In this document: in pieces, positions 38,277 to 51,900 of the stretch
Layout: every line of letters starts with the position of its first letter
Numbering within the stretch: position 1 is the first letter of the stretch
NCBI GenBank assembly: GCA_040954595.2
Contig: CM082584.2
Coordinates: 11,684,552 to 11,748,551, forward strand
Direction: 5' to 3'
DNA: 64,000 nt
Source: Balanoglossus misakiensis
Taxonomy: Eukaryota; Animalia; Hemichordata
Notes under the pieces: generated by a model
Told to the model about the DNA's origin: nothing
The model's database searches: none
What the model saw: the letters and a program-made list of their open reading frames with translations, nothing else
Made by a program: the position numbers and the translations under genes

Positions 38277-39587
38277 CCAAAATACTTACTACATACTGAA
38301 GTTGTTTGTTGTTGATCCTGGAGTGTACACTTTATTAGGGAGAGAGACGAGGATGTATGTAATTCAACTGATGTCAGAGGTTTATTACAGCCAAGATGTA
38401 TAGCCAATCGTGTGCAGTATGGAACACCTTGTAAATAGCGCCCTCCCTCGACACAATTGGATGCGCCTTTCGTAAAATCATTTTCTCTGTCCACTTTTGT
38501 ATTGTATTCCTCAGCAAACATACATGAAAATAACTAGAAAATATCGGTCACTTGGCTCCCTGTGGCTATCCTCTCATACTAATAACGCAAACTTTAACAA
38601 GGGCAAAAAGTCCCATGTGACCAACCCCCACAAGCCATGGAAAGTAATGAACTCCACAGAGAGTCCATCAGTGATGGGTCTACATGTACTTCGGAGGTGA
38701 TAACCTCTCCAACAGGTAAATCACGTTGATGTACTTCTTTTGCAAACTGTCAAAGTAAAGTGATATCCCCCTCCCTCATGTATGCAGATGTTGTTTCTGA
38801 CCACTTCATAGCAAATAAACACGCATAAATATTTGTGCGCACATACATAAGGACTTTTGAAGAACATGCCAAGCCAGAATTGAAGAGATTCACCGTCCAA
38901 TGGTACTGTCCTGGTTGTCAAGCAAAATTAAACAGACTGACATGATATTATCCCGAGAGGGCGTGTTGTACATTAACACACAGGGGAGTCGAAGATACCT
39001 CTTAGCAGTTAGCTATGATCTCAACGTATTACACCCACAATATGTATCAATAAACATGCAAATGCTTTCCCCTGGCAAATACTTTATCAAAATATGAAAT
39101 CCTCCAATTCTATAACAATCCTACGTCATTCAGTTGCACCTAAACATCACTCACCCGGTAGAGCAATTTCCCTTTTCACTTGGGCTGATCACCCACTCTC
39201 TTTATTAAAGAACCAAAACAGGAAACATGAGGAGTTCAATTTTCGCCAATAAATGACTCTATAATGCTCGACGATATATTTTGTACTAAGCACAAAATAA
39301 AACCTCCAACATCGAGGAAGGTAACCAAACAAGCCAACCCCTCAACATGAATGAACCGCGGTTGGTCTAGCACTCATAGTCAGTATTGGAATTTATAGAT
39401 TTTTCGATCTGAAACCCATTCTGTGTGAAGTGTGATCAATATTAACATTTTTAAATGTAGATATATGTTCCCTTCCTGCACATTTAGAGATTTATATATT
39501 CATGTTAGTGAAACGAATACGCGTCGCGGTTATTCTTGGTATTTGTCCGCCGAACTTAGTTTATAGTCACTGATACTGGTCTACATT

Positions 39588-39596
39588 GGGGGGGGG

Positions 39597-39654
<58 letters not shown>
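39588..39654. repeat. Poly-G followed by (GA)n microsatellite (~28 units)
   Basis: Directly visible G12 then GAGAGA..., about 230 bp upstream of the putative NIM1K promoter. Confidence 0.95.
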
Positions 39655-39660
<6 letters not shown>

Positions 39661-39883
39661 AGAGCTATGAGTTTACATCAATGAAAGTGCCAACTATCGT
39701 GATAATATCGAGAAATTTAGAAATATCTTGCTCCTGTCTTTAAAACGTTTTTAACAGGTGAAAATTATTCAGATGTGAATGACAGCAGTTTGGGGGAGAA
39801 AGGGAGTAAAAAGCGCACACACATTAGTATAGGTGCCCACATTTTTCTGGCATATACATCACAACAGTTTTGCGTTAGCGACT

Positions 39884-40220
39884 GTTGCTTAGTAACGTTT
39901 TGTGTTGTAATAGACGCTACACACGTGCTGTGTTCCCGGCATTTTGTGGGTCATATGCAAATCATTTCCATATACGTCGTTTCCCTGGTGACGTCAACAG
40001 ACACATTATGCAAATAAAATGGTTGCCATATTGGAGGTCGCTGTGGCACAGGGACGCTGCAGTACGCGTACGGAGGCAGACGATCCGGTGGATAAGGTGT
40101 TTATTTTACCCCCTTTTACATCTTCCCAGGCCTCGTAAGTGTTACCACTAACCCCAGATGACTAAACAACATTTACATGTCTACCTGAGAGAATTTTAGG
40201 TTTCTGAAGGGAAGGTAAAG
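39884..40220 (+). promoter_or_regulatory. Probable NIM1K promoter and non-coding first exon
   Basis: CpG-richer patch with X-box-like GTTGCTTAGTAAC (39884-39896) and GTTTCCCTGGTGAC (39979-39992), a perfect CRE TGACGTCA (39989-39996), two ATGCAAAT octamers (39955, 40008) and a consensus donor AAG|GTAAGT at 40220/40221. A matching pyrimidine-rich acceptor (...TTCTCTCGGCAG, ends 43254) precedes the NIM1K ATG exon. Confidence 0.55.
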
Positions 40221-43200
40221 GTAAGTTCCAGTTGCTACAATATCATAAGGCTTATCCCGTACATAAGGTCCGGGAAGCCGACAACCGGCGTTGACACTGT
40301 GTATATTTCACTAAGAGAGCAGGCTAAGCATAGAACTCAAATTTAGAGTTTGAATATAATACCAAATCTTATCGACAAGATATTGACTCATATACATATT
40401 GTATAACTCAAGACACCCACAAGCAATTCAGCAGACTCGTAACGAGAAGTGATGTGTATATATACACCGTTAAAAAGTTGCGATAAACAAGTTTGACCAC
40501 CTCCGGGATGGATGGGTGTCCGTCCGTGCGTGGGATACTTTGCTTTGGTAACGTGTACACAGGTGTTTACCTGGTTTAGTATTTCAACTTATGCAAGAGA
40601 GACAATGTTTTCATGTAGCAATGTCATTGAAGGAAGTGTGTGATTCACTGTCATCTTCCAGCTGGGGTTAAAGTTGTTGGAAACCATGGCAACCCTTTTG
40701 AGCAGACCAACACAGTGTACCTGTGTGGGTGGAGATGATTTTGGCCATAGGTACACTGCACTTGATGCTCTGACAAACCATACCTGGCCGAGATCTGGTG
40801 CAGTGTATGCACCAACATGTTTACCTGTAATTCCAGAATGCTGCAAAAACAATGACACCCCACACATGTTCTCCTAGTATCAACAAATCACTTCACAAGT
40901 TATAATGGCACGATTCAGAAACCATTGGGTGGCAATAATTGGTGGCTTTGTTCATTGTAATCTGCTTGAATGAATGAAAATTACCCTGCGTTGATAATAT
41001 ACCCACGACAAACATTGAACCACCCATCGCTGCTTGTCTTCATGCGGATGGTTTATGTTTCTCTGTCGTTCAATATATGCTCCTCGGAAGATCATCACAC
41101 ACCACATAAATTACAAGGCTTTTCACAGGGATAATAGCTGTGGTCATTTTTATTGAGCCATTCACTATGCCAAAGTCATTCATGGTGTACTCGAGGTCAA
41201 TAGGGTGTGGATTACGTGAAATAAAATTTTATCAGTGATTAGGAAAAACTAATCCGCACATGCATTAACATACGGGGAAAAGGTCTGCATTTGCTGCCGG
41301 TGTAAATCATTGAGCGTCTTATAGATCCGATGAGTTGTTTGGTATTTACATTCCAATCTACACATCCTCAGTTTCTTCAATGCTTTTCATGTAGTCCTCA
41401 ACACTAATTCGATCTTGCTGACCTCACTGTATTCCCAAACCTTACAAATGATGAGTGATCAGAATCCTCATAAATGTTTAGGAAGCCCTTAAAATTCTTA
41501 GTACATGCACTGTGTGATGATTCCATATATATGTTTAATTATGCAAAATCTTATATAATGTCCTGAGATTCTTTTCTTCAGTACTTGACCATAGGTGACA
41601 CACTTCCATAGCTTCATCAATAATCACTTCCATAACCTGATGAAGATATTCCATGGAAGTATCAACTTCCCTAGATATATGGCCATTTAGAACAATTCCA
41701 GTGGAAGATGACTTTAGTTCATGCATTCATAATTTGTTTCAAGTTGATCCCAGAGGATTGTAATTTCTTTAGACCCATTAAAGCAGTTTATGTAGGTGTT
41801 GGTTATCAAGGACAAATTCTGCATCTTCTTCTGCTTTACCTTGATTGCTGTTCATCATTATACACAATTTTACATGATTACAAAAAAAATATTTATATAA
41901 ACTGATAACAGATTTGTTTATGAGAACGCCTGTGTGCTTAGCTGGCATTCAGCTATTCACCATTTCTGGCATTCATTCACAATACTGTGCAACAAAACCT
42001 GGCAGCAATATATTGTGTCTGCCACCTCCGAACTAGTCTGTCGGCCATTTTGAATTATGACCGCAGTTTATTGAGTAATGATACAGTAAATATTACAAGA
42101 GCCATTTTGAGGGACAGATTTTCGCAAGATCAAACAAATTTGAATTTTATAAGCGACTATCACAATACTTTTATTGAATATAATAGTACAACTGTCCATA
42201 TAACGTGTAACATTGAAATTTATTGTCAAAGCAATGACTGATAGAAATGAACAAAACACACACGGCGTCATCACATTTCATTTTTTTTACTAGGAAGGTG
42301 ATTGGCCAATTTTGAAAAGTGACACCTTGATTTGAGATTTTACAGTATTAACTATTATCTATAATGACCCAAAGTAGAGTTTTGTTCGTTTGAATCCAGA
42401 ACTTAAAACAGTACATCAGCCAGTTCTGTATCGAGTGGTTATATACAGACCTGTCCATTGTGCGTCAAAGCTGGAGCTATGAACAAAAAACATAAGGAGC
42501 TAAAAACAGTATTCAGAGGCATTTCAATAAATAGACTAGTCGGCCTTATTGTCCAAATTTCATTAGTACGCATTGATATAGGGCGTTGTTATGGTTGTCT
42601 GTAAACATTGAAAAGGTCTTTCACCGCAAAAAAACTTACCTTTTCCAAATGACTGTTTTGTTTTGAAGAATCATGTAATTGAAGTGAAAGCCCAGTAGCA
42701 TTGAACAATTAAAAAAAATTCATGCTAAAATAAGTCTGGGTTCTGTGATGCAGATTTTGCAAGCTACCACAGTGACTTCGAACACAGCAAGCTGTTCGAC
42801 GTTGAATGACCCCTGATTCTGAATGAAAATCAAAGTAGTCTTGTGAAAAATCATGACTTTTCCCTTTATACGTGGAAATACTTTGCTACCGAACATTAAG
42901 CCCAGCACGACAATTTCTGTAATTTTCCTTTGTTGGAAAAAATGCACGAGCCGTACTTGGGGGTCGATGCAGTGACTTGCTAGGATTTCACAATGGCGTC
43001 TTTGTAGGTGTACAAGTAATTCTCTGTGATATCTGTGTGTCGCTGATATGTTGTGTAGGATCGTATCATGTGACCATCGGGCAGAGATAGACACGAGTTA
43101 GAACGTGATCATTTAACGGCACCTCTTTCACTGGAAAATAGCAGTTCTCAATCAGTGACTTCCTGTAATCTCTCTAATACATGTATGGATGCAGTAAGGA

Positions 43201-43559
43201 TTTTTTTTGTCGGTTTACGCATCGTTTAAAGTTTTAATTTGGTTCTCTCGGCAGATACTCTACAGCTAGGCTCACTGTCACGACTCACAGGAATAAGGCT
43301 TCGAAATTACTGAAACGGCGTAGCTGTCAGCGAAGTTGATGTATACACTGCTCTACTGAAGATCACTTGCGTTTTGTTGGTACAAAGTGCTCGTCGCCCA
43401 TTACCGCCAGAATGCAAGGGAAGAATTGAGAGTTAAAAAACGACTAGCATTATCGATGAAAAGGTTGCCATGACAACTGCTTCTGGGGGAATTCTTCTAA
43501 ACATTATCGGCTGGATGATACTGATAAAATCCTCGGCAAGATAATTGAAAGGGACAAAA

Positions 43560-43860
43560 ATGTCGTCCCCTGAGAGCCGGCGCTCCAGCCATGGTGGAGG
43601 AGGAGGGCACCGAGAGAGCGTGGAGAATACGACCACGTCCGTCTACAGTGAGCACTCGCAGCCAGGGGAGAACGGCACACCAGTGGAACGGCAACGGAGA
43701 CTAACGGCGTACGAGAGACTTTCACACGACTTGAGTAACGACCATAGAATCATCAAAGAGATCACCCTGGGGAAGCGTATTGGGTTTTATCGGATACGCG
43801 GCGAACTGGGTAGTGGCAATTTTTCTCAAGTGAAAATGGGAATTCATGCACTCACCAAAG
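43560..43860 (+). CDS. NIM1K: Serine/threonine kinase NIM1 (AMPK-related), first coding exon
   Basis: MSSPESRR...LTAYERLSHDLSNDHRIIKEITLGKRIGFYRIRGELGSGNFSQVKMGIHALTK. EITLGKRIGFYRIRGExGSGNFSQVK is the NIM1K signature, including the Gly-rich loop. Ends at AAG|GTAAGT, phase 1. Confidence 0.95.
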
Positions 43861-44113
43861 GTAAGTCTGTGTGCCCTTGTTGAGAAATACCGGTCATTGC
43901 ATGTTTCGAAGCTTAGACTACTTGTGCAAGAGCATCCATATGTGGCATACGTGTACCAGGTATGTATGGAGGTGGGTATATTTCAATTTTCTTCAAAAAC
44001 TTACTTTAAAAAAAGTTCAGAATGCTACAGAAAGGCTGTTACCATATGGATGCTTCAAATCTCAGCATTTTTTTTCGACTGCGTATTTAAAAAAAAAATT
44101 ACCATCCTAAGGT

Positions 44114-44203
44114 AAAAAAGTCCAAAGTCATGTCTGGGTCTGGGATTTGAACCCAGCACCCTGCATTTGTGAGTCCAGTACCCTCACCACTAGGCCACGA
44201 TGT
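44114..44203 (-). mobile_element. tRNA-derived element (SINE head or tRNA pseudogene) in NIM1K intron
   Basis: Minus strand reads GTGGCCTAGTGGTGAGGGTACTGGACTCACAAATGCAGGGTGCTGGGTTCAAATCCCAGACCCAGACATGACTTTGGACTTTTTT: A-box, B-box, T-stem CTGGG/CCCAG, degenerate anticodon arm and a T-run. Confidence 0.6.
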
Positions 44204-47200
44204 CTCACATAGCCAGAAGATACATTTTTTTTCTTTCCATGGTGTTTGTCCCGAGGCATATAGGATGTTTTTGCAAACATTTCAGTCACAGGGCGGAGGA
44301 GAAATGTCAGTTATATCTCAAGTGGGTCATTTATATAAAAGGAAAAAAATTCCCCGTATATCTGGACCATATTTACAGATTACAGAAAGTGAAATATTGC
44401 TACTTCACATGAAAATGACAGTGGGTGAATGTGATGCTTCTATTGTCGGGCGTCGCCAAATAATCAGGCTCTTGTCTCTGACCCCTGGGTCAAAGCCTCT
44501 TGACACGGCCTGAGTGGATTAAATAGACCTGGTTAGATAGAGTAACTGGAAGTAGCGGAGTATAAGTGGTACCGTTTAAAAACAAGAGACAAAAAAGTCC
44601 CTGTAATTTTCAGGAATAAAGACAAAAGGTGATGCACAACCATCTTTGTGTTGCCATGTTTACCGGACACAACAAACAGTAGTCTTATTGACTTCACTAT
44701 ATTTGCACTGCGTATTTTCCTTCCGTTTTGGTATTGATTGTTCTGAGATCTCCCAATTCACAGACCGGTGTTAGCTGTGTAAGGTTGCTACATAATTGTT
44801 CGTCCCTTGTATTGATTTGTCCTCAATGCTCGGTGTCTGACGTTCCCTCGGACAAAAGGGACAGTGGTTTCTCTTTGAAGCCGAGAGTTGTTTTATTCTG
44901 ATGCCTGTTGTTTATATGTGACTGTTTTCTTCGCCTTGGTCGCGACTGCCATTCGTGGTCATGGAGAAAAAGAGAAACTACTCATTCGTGAAATCCAGTC
45001 ATTTTTACTGAACTGGAATGAATGTACGTGTATTGTGTTTACATGGGTGTTGTATTGTACCAACACTCGCTCAAGAAAATTGAATTCACCCCTTGTTAGA
45101 TTACAGTAACCCAATTTGGTGTCCAGTGGGATTTTCAGATGATTTTAAAGAACTGCATTTGAGAAGGAAAAAGACATTACCGTTATTTCCAGCTTCTTGC
45201 CAATGAAGTTGCCTTTCCATGTCTGGCAATATAATTTTTGGCATGCCTGCATGGGTCATTGCATATATATACCAGTAAATGGTGAACTGGTAAAATACTA
45301 GGAACCGTCTTGGTAAATTTCAGTTAGCCACATTTGTTACAAGGCTTATAAATAACTTTTATAGTTTAGGTTACAAGTGAAAAAATGGAAACACCTTTGT
45401 TCTGAGGATTCAAATTGCTAAGCAGTGGTTGCTAAGGAGAATTTTCAAAATCAATAAAAGTGTTATTTGTCGATTGTCTGTTATCGATAGTGGGTTATAC
45501 TATAGGGCAGCACAAATCGATGCAGCTTCAGACCAATATATGTTTTTGCGTCATATTGACCTCTGATGTCATTGATGGTTATCACGCACTCTAGAGCAGC
45601 AAATCGGTTCTCAAGTTAAATATCTTGGTAAAAAAAATGTACATGTTGAATATAAGCTGCTGCAGGGGTCATGCAAATACCTTATTATTTCAACTACCGG
45701 TAATACAGCTCACCTTCCAGTTTTTATGGGTCCTTGGAACTCAAGGTGCATTGCAATTAATTTGTTTACGACGTGCCCAATGATCATTTAGCTGCTGACT
45801 TAAAAAAAAAAAATCAACCCATTCATGTGTATCAGAAGACGTGGGGTATATTGCGTGTCAGGGGGTCGAGGGGAGCTCCTGGTGGGTGAAACTGCAGGGA
45901 TTGCTGCTGTTAGGTTGCCTGTTTTGCCATGGACGGCACGTCACATGTCTTGCCTGCATGAGGTTGATACACTCACAGTTTGTGTATCCGAGCGCTTTCT
46001 TTCAGAGACCTTTGCTGGGGATCAAAAACACAGCTTGCAGTTGTCATACTAATGAGAGAAGAAGATCACACAAGCAGCTGGGACAGAGAGAGGGAGAAAT
46101 AGAGAGCAAGCAATCAGGAAAATGGTCAGAGGATCTCGATCTGACGAAAATGCATCAGATCCTGTTGCCATAGAACTCCTGGTGACACAAACTTTCCATT
46201 AGTCAAAGTGCTCTGCTTAGCTAACAGTATATATAATCTTGATGATATATTATTATTGGCCAGGTTTTATGTGACTGTAAGAAAATGGACAATTTCCGTT
46301 AAGCGTCTGCGATGCAAATGAAAGAGTAAAATTTGACATATGACCTGACCCACTTTTCCTTCTGATTGTAATCCAAGCATTTGGGTTTCCATGGAAACAT
46401 CTCTGGGACACTTTCGCAGCAGTTTATCAGGAGAGGAGAAATAAAGTAAAAAGCTTTTTGTCATCTAATGACAATCAGATACGCCTTACATAGCCACTCT
46501 GCTGCGTACTGCCTCTTAAAGTTTATTGCTTGCGTCATTCTTAGTGTTACCTTCGACGTAAAGTAGCATCTTAAAAGCACACATTGATCCGTGGAGTTTA
46601 CTGTATCAATGATCAAGAAATCTAAGAGAATTTCAAAAGGAAATGTATTGCCTGGGAAATGAGGAAAGAAAGTGGAAGTTTCCAGTTTACCCTGATCAAA
46701 TTGATGGGCATTCTGGCAATTATGAGAGATGATGGTGATGTTGTTACCAGATAGTGTGTTGATTCCTATTAAATGTGTCACGTACGTTTTATGACGGTAG
46801 CTTGGATCAGAGCTGAAATAGATAAGCGCCTTGAAAGTTGGAATGTATCATCTATTTGCACTGCTTGCGCTGTACAGGCACTTTCACTGCATGACAGTCA
46901 GATTGAAAAAAATGTTCACGAGTAGCAATTGACACGCCCCCTACCCCTTCGCAATTAACATTGTGCATTATGGTACCATGTCACTGTTCAAGCTTTTATT
47001 GTTACAGTGCAAATCTCTGTCCTTTCGTGTTCTTTCATGTAAGCTTTAAAGTTTGTCCCGTATTTGCAGTTCAGAAGATGTATTATGGCCACAGTTTGTT
47101 GAAGAGTCACATTCTTGCCAATGTCATTCTGTCAATGTCATGTCAATTTAATTCAAGTTGACATCTATTATCAATCCATCACAGTCTCTTGGTTTTTTAT

Positions 47201-48228
47201 ACATAAAAGAAGAGCAGTACTATCATGTATCAATCTCATAAAATATTTCTTATCATAAACATGATAAGGTTATGATGTATAGAACTCTACAGAATTGCTT
47301 AGATGAAAACAACAATGTCATTGCGCATGTGTATTTTCATTGACAAAAGATGTAATTCAATGTACCGCTTTTCATGTAGCTATGTATATATGTATATTTC
47401 CTTAAGGAAGATTTTTAGCTCACACTAGCTTTTGTTGAATTTAATAAGTAAATGTGACTGATAAATAAATAATAACCATATCCTCTTGCTGGAGAACAAA
47501 CTCATTTGTTTATGTGTTGTCATGACAGCATTCAAATGAAAACGGGTTAAAGGTGAAATTTGCAATACCACTGCCCTTTAATGTTTAATAAACAATAGGA
47601 ACTCATCAACATAAAAATTATTGATATTGTTATGCAATTTAGAATCCTGGGGAGAACAATGAAGTCATTGTGAAATCAAAATTGTGATAAAAATGACCTC
47701 TGGTATGGGCAAATATGAGTCTTGGATTTATGTGAATATTTCCGTAGTTTGTGTTTCACCCAAAAGGTCCATGGGCAGAGTTTTTCTAGAACACATTTTT
47801 CATTTCCATTATTTTTAGAACTACAAGCCTTGACAATAACATCAATCTGCCCCATTCAAGGATTTTTGTAAAAATAATTCAGACATATATCACAATGATT
47901 TATGCATCCCTATATATATCAACAACTGCTGGCCAATAAATTCTGAATACAGAAACATTTCATAAACCAGATTGACTTCCCAGAGGACAAGACTTTGCAT
48001 TTTTCATAATTTTTGCGAAACTCAGCTTTCAAGTTTCAGTGGAAATTTCCTACCTCCGTGAAGTCATTAACAGAGGATGATGGGATAGGATGCTCAGGTA
48101 ATGAAAGTTATAACTAATCTAAAGTACAGTAATTTTGTAATTTGACTTCTAACAAGTGTATTTTTCATCTTTGCTGCAGGGACAAGGGCTTCTTCCCAAT
48201 CATGTCTGTTCTTAGAGGATGGGATGGT

Positions 48229-48253
48229 GGGGGGGGGGGGGGGGGGGGGGGGG
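48229..48253. repeat. Poly-G homopolymer (G25)
   Basis: Directly visible in the NIM1K intron. Confidence 0.95.
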
Positions 48254-48907
48254 TTAATACCTGCAACATATAGGACAAGTACGCCATATACCACGGCTGA
48301 TCAATAATTGCAAGACTCCCAGCCATGAGTTACGGCTTCATTAAACGGCCATCAAATACAGTTTGATGGGCAAGTGAGTGGTGATGCGAACGATTTCATT
48401 AAAAGTTGGAAAGCGGGCTTGAAATCGTATTATCTCACACGTGCAGTCCTGATTGAATACATAAAAAGCAATTAAAACCAAACCACTCAGATCTTCATAG
48501 AACATCCGTTTTATTCTTCAATTAATTTTAACATTTTTGCAGTGATTTGGTTACCGTTTTAATTAAGGGACCGACATGGATTGAGTCTCATGAAATCTAT
48601 CTTCCCACAGGTAATTATAGCTGTGTAATTTTGGGGTCAGTGACTGTTTCACATTAAGCATTTGAATCGCAAGCATACGTAATCATGGATATTAAATGCG
48701 GATGCCTTTTCTCCCAATATCTGATGGCTCATGCAATTTATATTCAATGTCGCCCAAGGCTATTATAAAGCATTGAAACTGGTTAATTGTACAAGAGTTT
48801 TCCGAGGATGATGATGTTGTGGAATGCATATTACTCATAAATAATCTTTGTAATAGCACAGACAGTAGTCTCATCGACTGCTTTTAAAATGTTTTTTCAA
48901 ATTTTCT

Positions 48908-48965
48908 CATCCATTCATCATCCATCAATCAAGCCAACCAGCCAACCAACATTCCATCCATCCAT
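48908..48965. repeat. Degenerate (CCAT/CCAA)n tetranucleotide repeat
   Basis: CATCCATTCATCATCCATCAATCAAGCCAACCAGCCAACCAACATTCCATCCATCCAT. Confidence 0.6.
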
Positions 48966-51900
48966 ACAATACTAGCACAAATACATATGTATACATATCT
49001 AAACAGGCACACTAAATTGTCAGAGACTGTCAAATTAATAGATACAACTGCAACTTCGACCACTGGAGTGCTAAATGAAATATCATGTTGGAATGTCTGG
49101 CTACTGTTTATGTTGGAAATATGTAGAGTTCGCGTTACCTCGCTAATGTCAGGGCTATATTATTACCCCTTGGAAGAGTCATCTGTCGGTTTTTCCATGG
49201 TTGTCTTTCCTGAGTATATTCCGGAATGCATTTGAATAATAGCTCTCAGGATATGTACAAAGGCCCACGGTTGGCGGTTGATTGTATTAAATTACCTAAG
49301 ATGAAGATAATGTTACAGCAGCCCTGTGCCAGCTGCATGGTCTTTTTGTAAAATAAGTCGGCTGTCGATGGATGTCGGTAAACACACGTCGTAGTTTAAA
49401 ACCCAGCTTTGCGCATCACATCTTTTGGGGTTGGTTTGGATTTGTAAAAGCTTGTATCCTTCCTTCTGTTTGAGTGTTACTGTTCAGATCAACTGTTCTC
49501 TGAGAAATAATAATTCACAAGCATTTTTTTAGATGGTGATACTTGCAAGATAAACTGTTAAGTGGTTTAAATGCAAATTTCTTTCATATTTGCATAACTA
49601 CTTTAATACTGTCGTTTTTGGAATATTTGTACAAGTATTAGGACAGAGTCCCTCTGACTGTGATTATTAAATGGATACCTTAAAATATGACAAGTTGTGA
49701 AATCAATCTCTATCAAATAATCTGCGGCAACATTGATGTTTTCGATTCAGGAGCCCACAGCAAATTGGACACCAGCACATATTGACCAAAGTACCAGTAA
49801 TTTAATAATACCCAGTTGTTTGGCTGTTGATTAAACTAAAATCTATATTTCCCACTGATTTGACCGTTTAATGACTGCAGTTTCTCAGTTTATGTTCAGA
49901 AATGTCCTTATTTTCAGTTTGGTGAAAAAATAATTTACATACAATCATCTACATGTATAGTTTAACTTTTCTGAGTAACTTCGAAGGTACATCGATATAC
50001 AAATTTGTATGTGACATGGACATACAATGCTTTAATGTCTTGTATTCTGTGTAGGGTAAAGTTCATTAGGGGGAAAGTTTGAAGTTTTCTTTGAACTTTG
50101 ATTAGGACAAACGTCATGCTGAGACTATCTTACTTTAATAGATATTAAGTTAATATTGATCATTTGTTGTCAGCATAATGAAATAGATTACAGAATATTT
50201 CTTATAAGAAATTCGTATTTCTTGTTTCATGTCTAAATAAAGCATAATCTGCAAATTTATAGAAACCTTGTACAGAAACGTTAATTTTCCCATCAAGTTC
50301 ATCGTAAATTGTCAGGGCCATTATGTTTATGTTTAATGAAGGAATTAATTGGTGACGCACTGACTGTAAGTGTTTATATGCAGGCAAGGGTAAGGGAAAA
50401 GTTAAAAAAATTACAGGGCAAGGCTGGAGCCAAGCGTGTTCATCTGGCTTTCAGGTTAAAAAAATGGTGTTTGTATAAACCCATTTGATCAGCAATACTG
50501 TATATCATTAGTGGCTGATCATGAAAGAATATGTTCATTTATTGAACGTATACCAGAAAACAGGAAACAGTTTGGTTGCCTGGGGTTACAGTGCTACCAC
50601 AAAGATCTGTTGCCTACGCTTCGTTTCAAGGGATAAATCTGTAGTTAGTAAATACCTAATTAAGACTGATTTTTCGTGGTTTGTTATAATAACACTACTG
50701 AGTTCTATTTTGGCTTGCAGCTTGGGTCGCAGTGGGGGGATGTGCCATTGAGATTGAATGACAGTTGAGTATGATTACAGTACGCCAAATCATGCGTTCC
50801 TACCTCCATGACCAAATGAAGAAATGAAGAAGTTCATCAATTCTGTACAGAAAGAGTGCGAGATTTCTTTTCCATTGTAGAAAAAATCCAATTTCTTTAA
50901 CCAGTCTGACGTAAATCATTGGCGCTTATTTGCTTTAAGCGACATTTGTTGAAAAACCATAGCAACAGGGACGCTCATAATCTTGATAGAGTCATTATGT
51001 TTCCCTGAGAAAAAAGCATTAAATTTTCTAACGTGCTGAAGTAATCTGCTGATTGTTGTAATATTTGAGCGGAATTCGTGCGCGTCTCTGGGGTTGACGC
51101 AAAGGGAAACTTAGTGTTTTGCATAAGTGTTGTGTAGACGGTCTAGATGAAGTTATCTGTCTCAATATCCGAAACTGTTGCTTGCCATGGTAACCACGGT
51201 TGCTGGCTGTGTTTTTGATGGATTACTGTGTTTAATTACTCTCGTACATCAGTGTTACGTATCGGTATATGCATTGCTTGTCAGCTAATCTGATTTCCAA
51301 GCTTCCTTGCCCTAGCTCTGTGACACCACACTGTCAGGCAGTCGTCCAGCACGCATGCATAGAACAACGCTGAATTCACCCACAATCCTTTGCAGTCACA
51401 TCAAATCAGCGACACGAAACAAAATGTGTCAGTCTGCAGTGAGACAGCAAAAAAACCAGACTGATTGGCGCGGCCCCAGTCTACTGGTAGCCCTTTTGCA
51501 ATTGCCTGATAGTATGCGCTTTTTTTTCATTGTAAAGTCCAGAAGAAAAAACCAACATCACCAGAGATGAATTAATGCTAGATGAGTGTCGCTTTAGGAA
51601 TGTGCTCCCTGTCATGATTCATGTTAAACCTGTCAGCATTTGCCGACTTGGCGACGACAAAGTGACGTACGTCGACCTTGTCGATTCCATCTAGTCTACG
51701 TTGCTACTTTATAAGTTATAAAGACAGACATTGACTTGGATTTCAACATCCATCGCAAAAGTTGCCATGCCTCCAGATATTTGTGATCATTATTATGCGT
51801 CTCCATGGATACCACAACAGGCTGTCACCGCCATATTGATAAATCAGGGACGGCACGCAACGGTCATAACAGTCCCCTTAGTATTTCTCCCCATTTTTAG

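Noticed and set aside
40589-41905. Short ORFs that look like decayed coding or transposon sequence in the first NIM1K intron
   Set aside because: No recognisable RT, transposase or host-protein motif.
42032-42540. Possible MITE bounded by ACTAGTCT / AGACTAGT
   Set aside because: Only an 8-bp inverted match and no clear target-site duplication.
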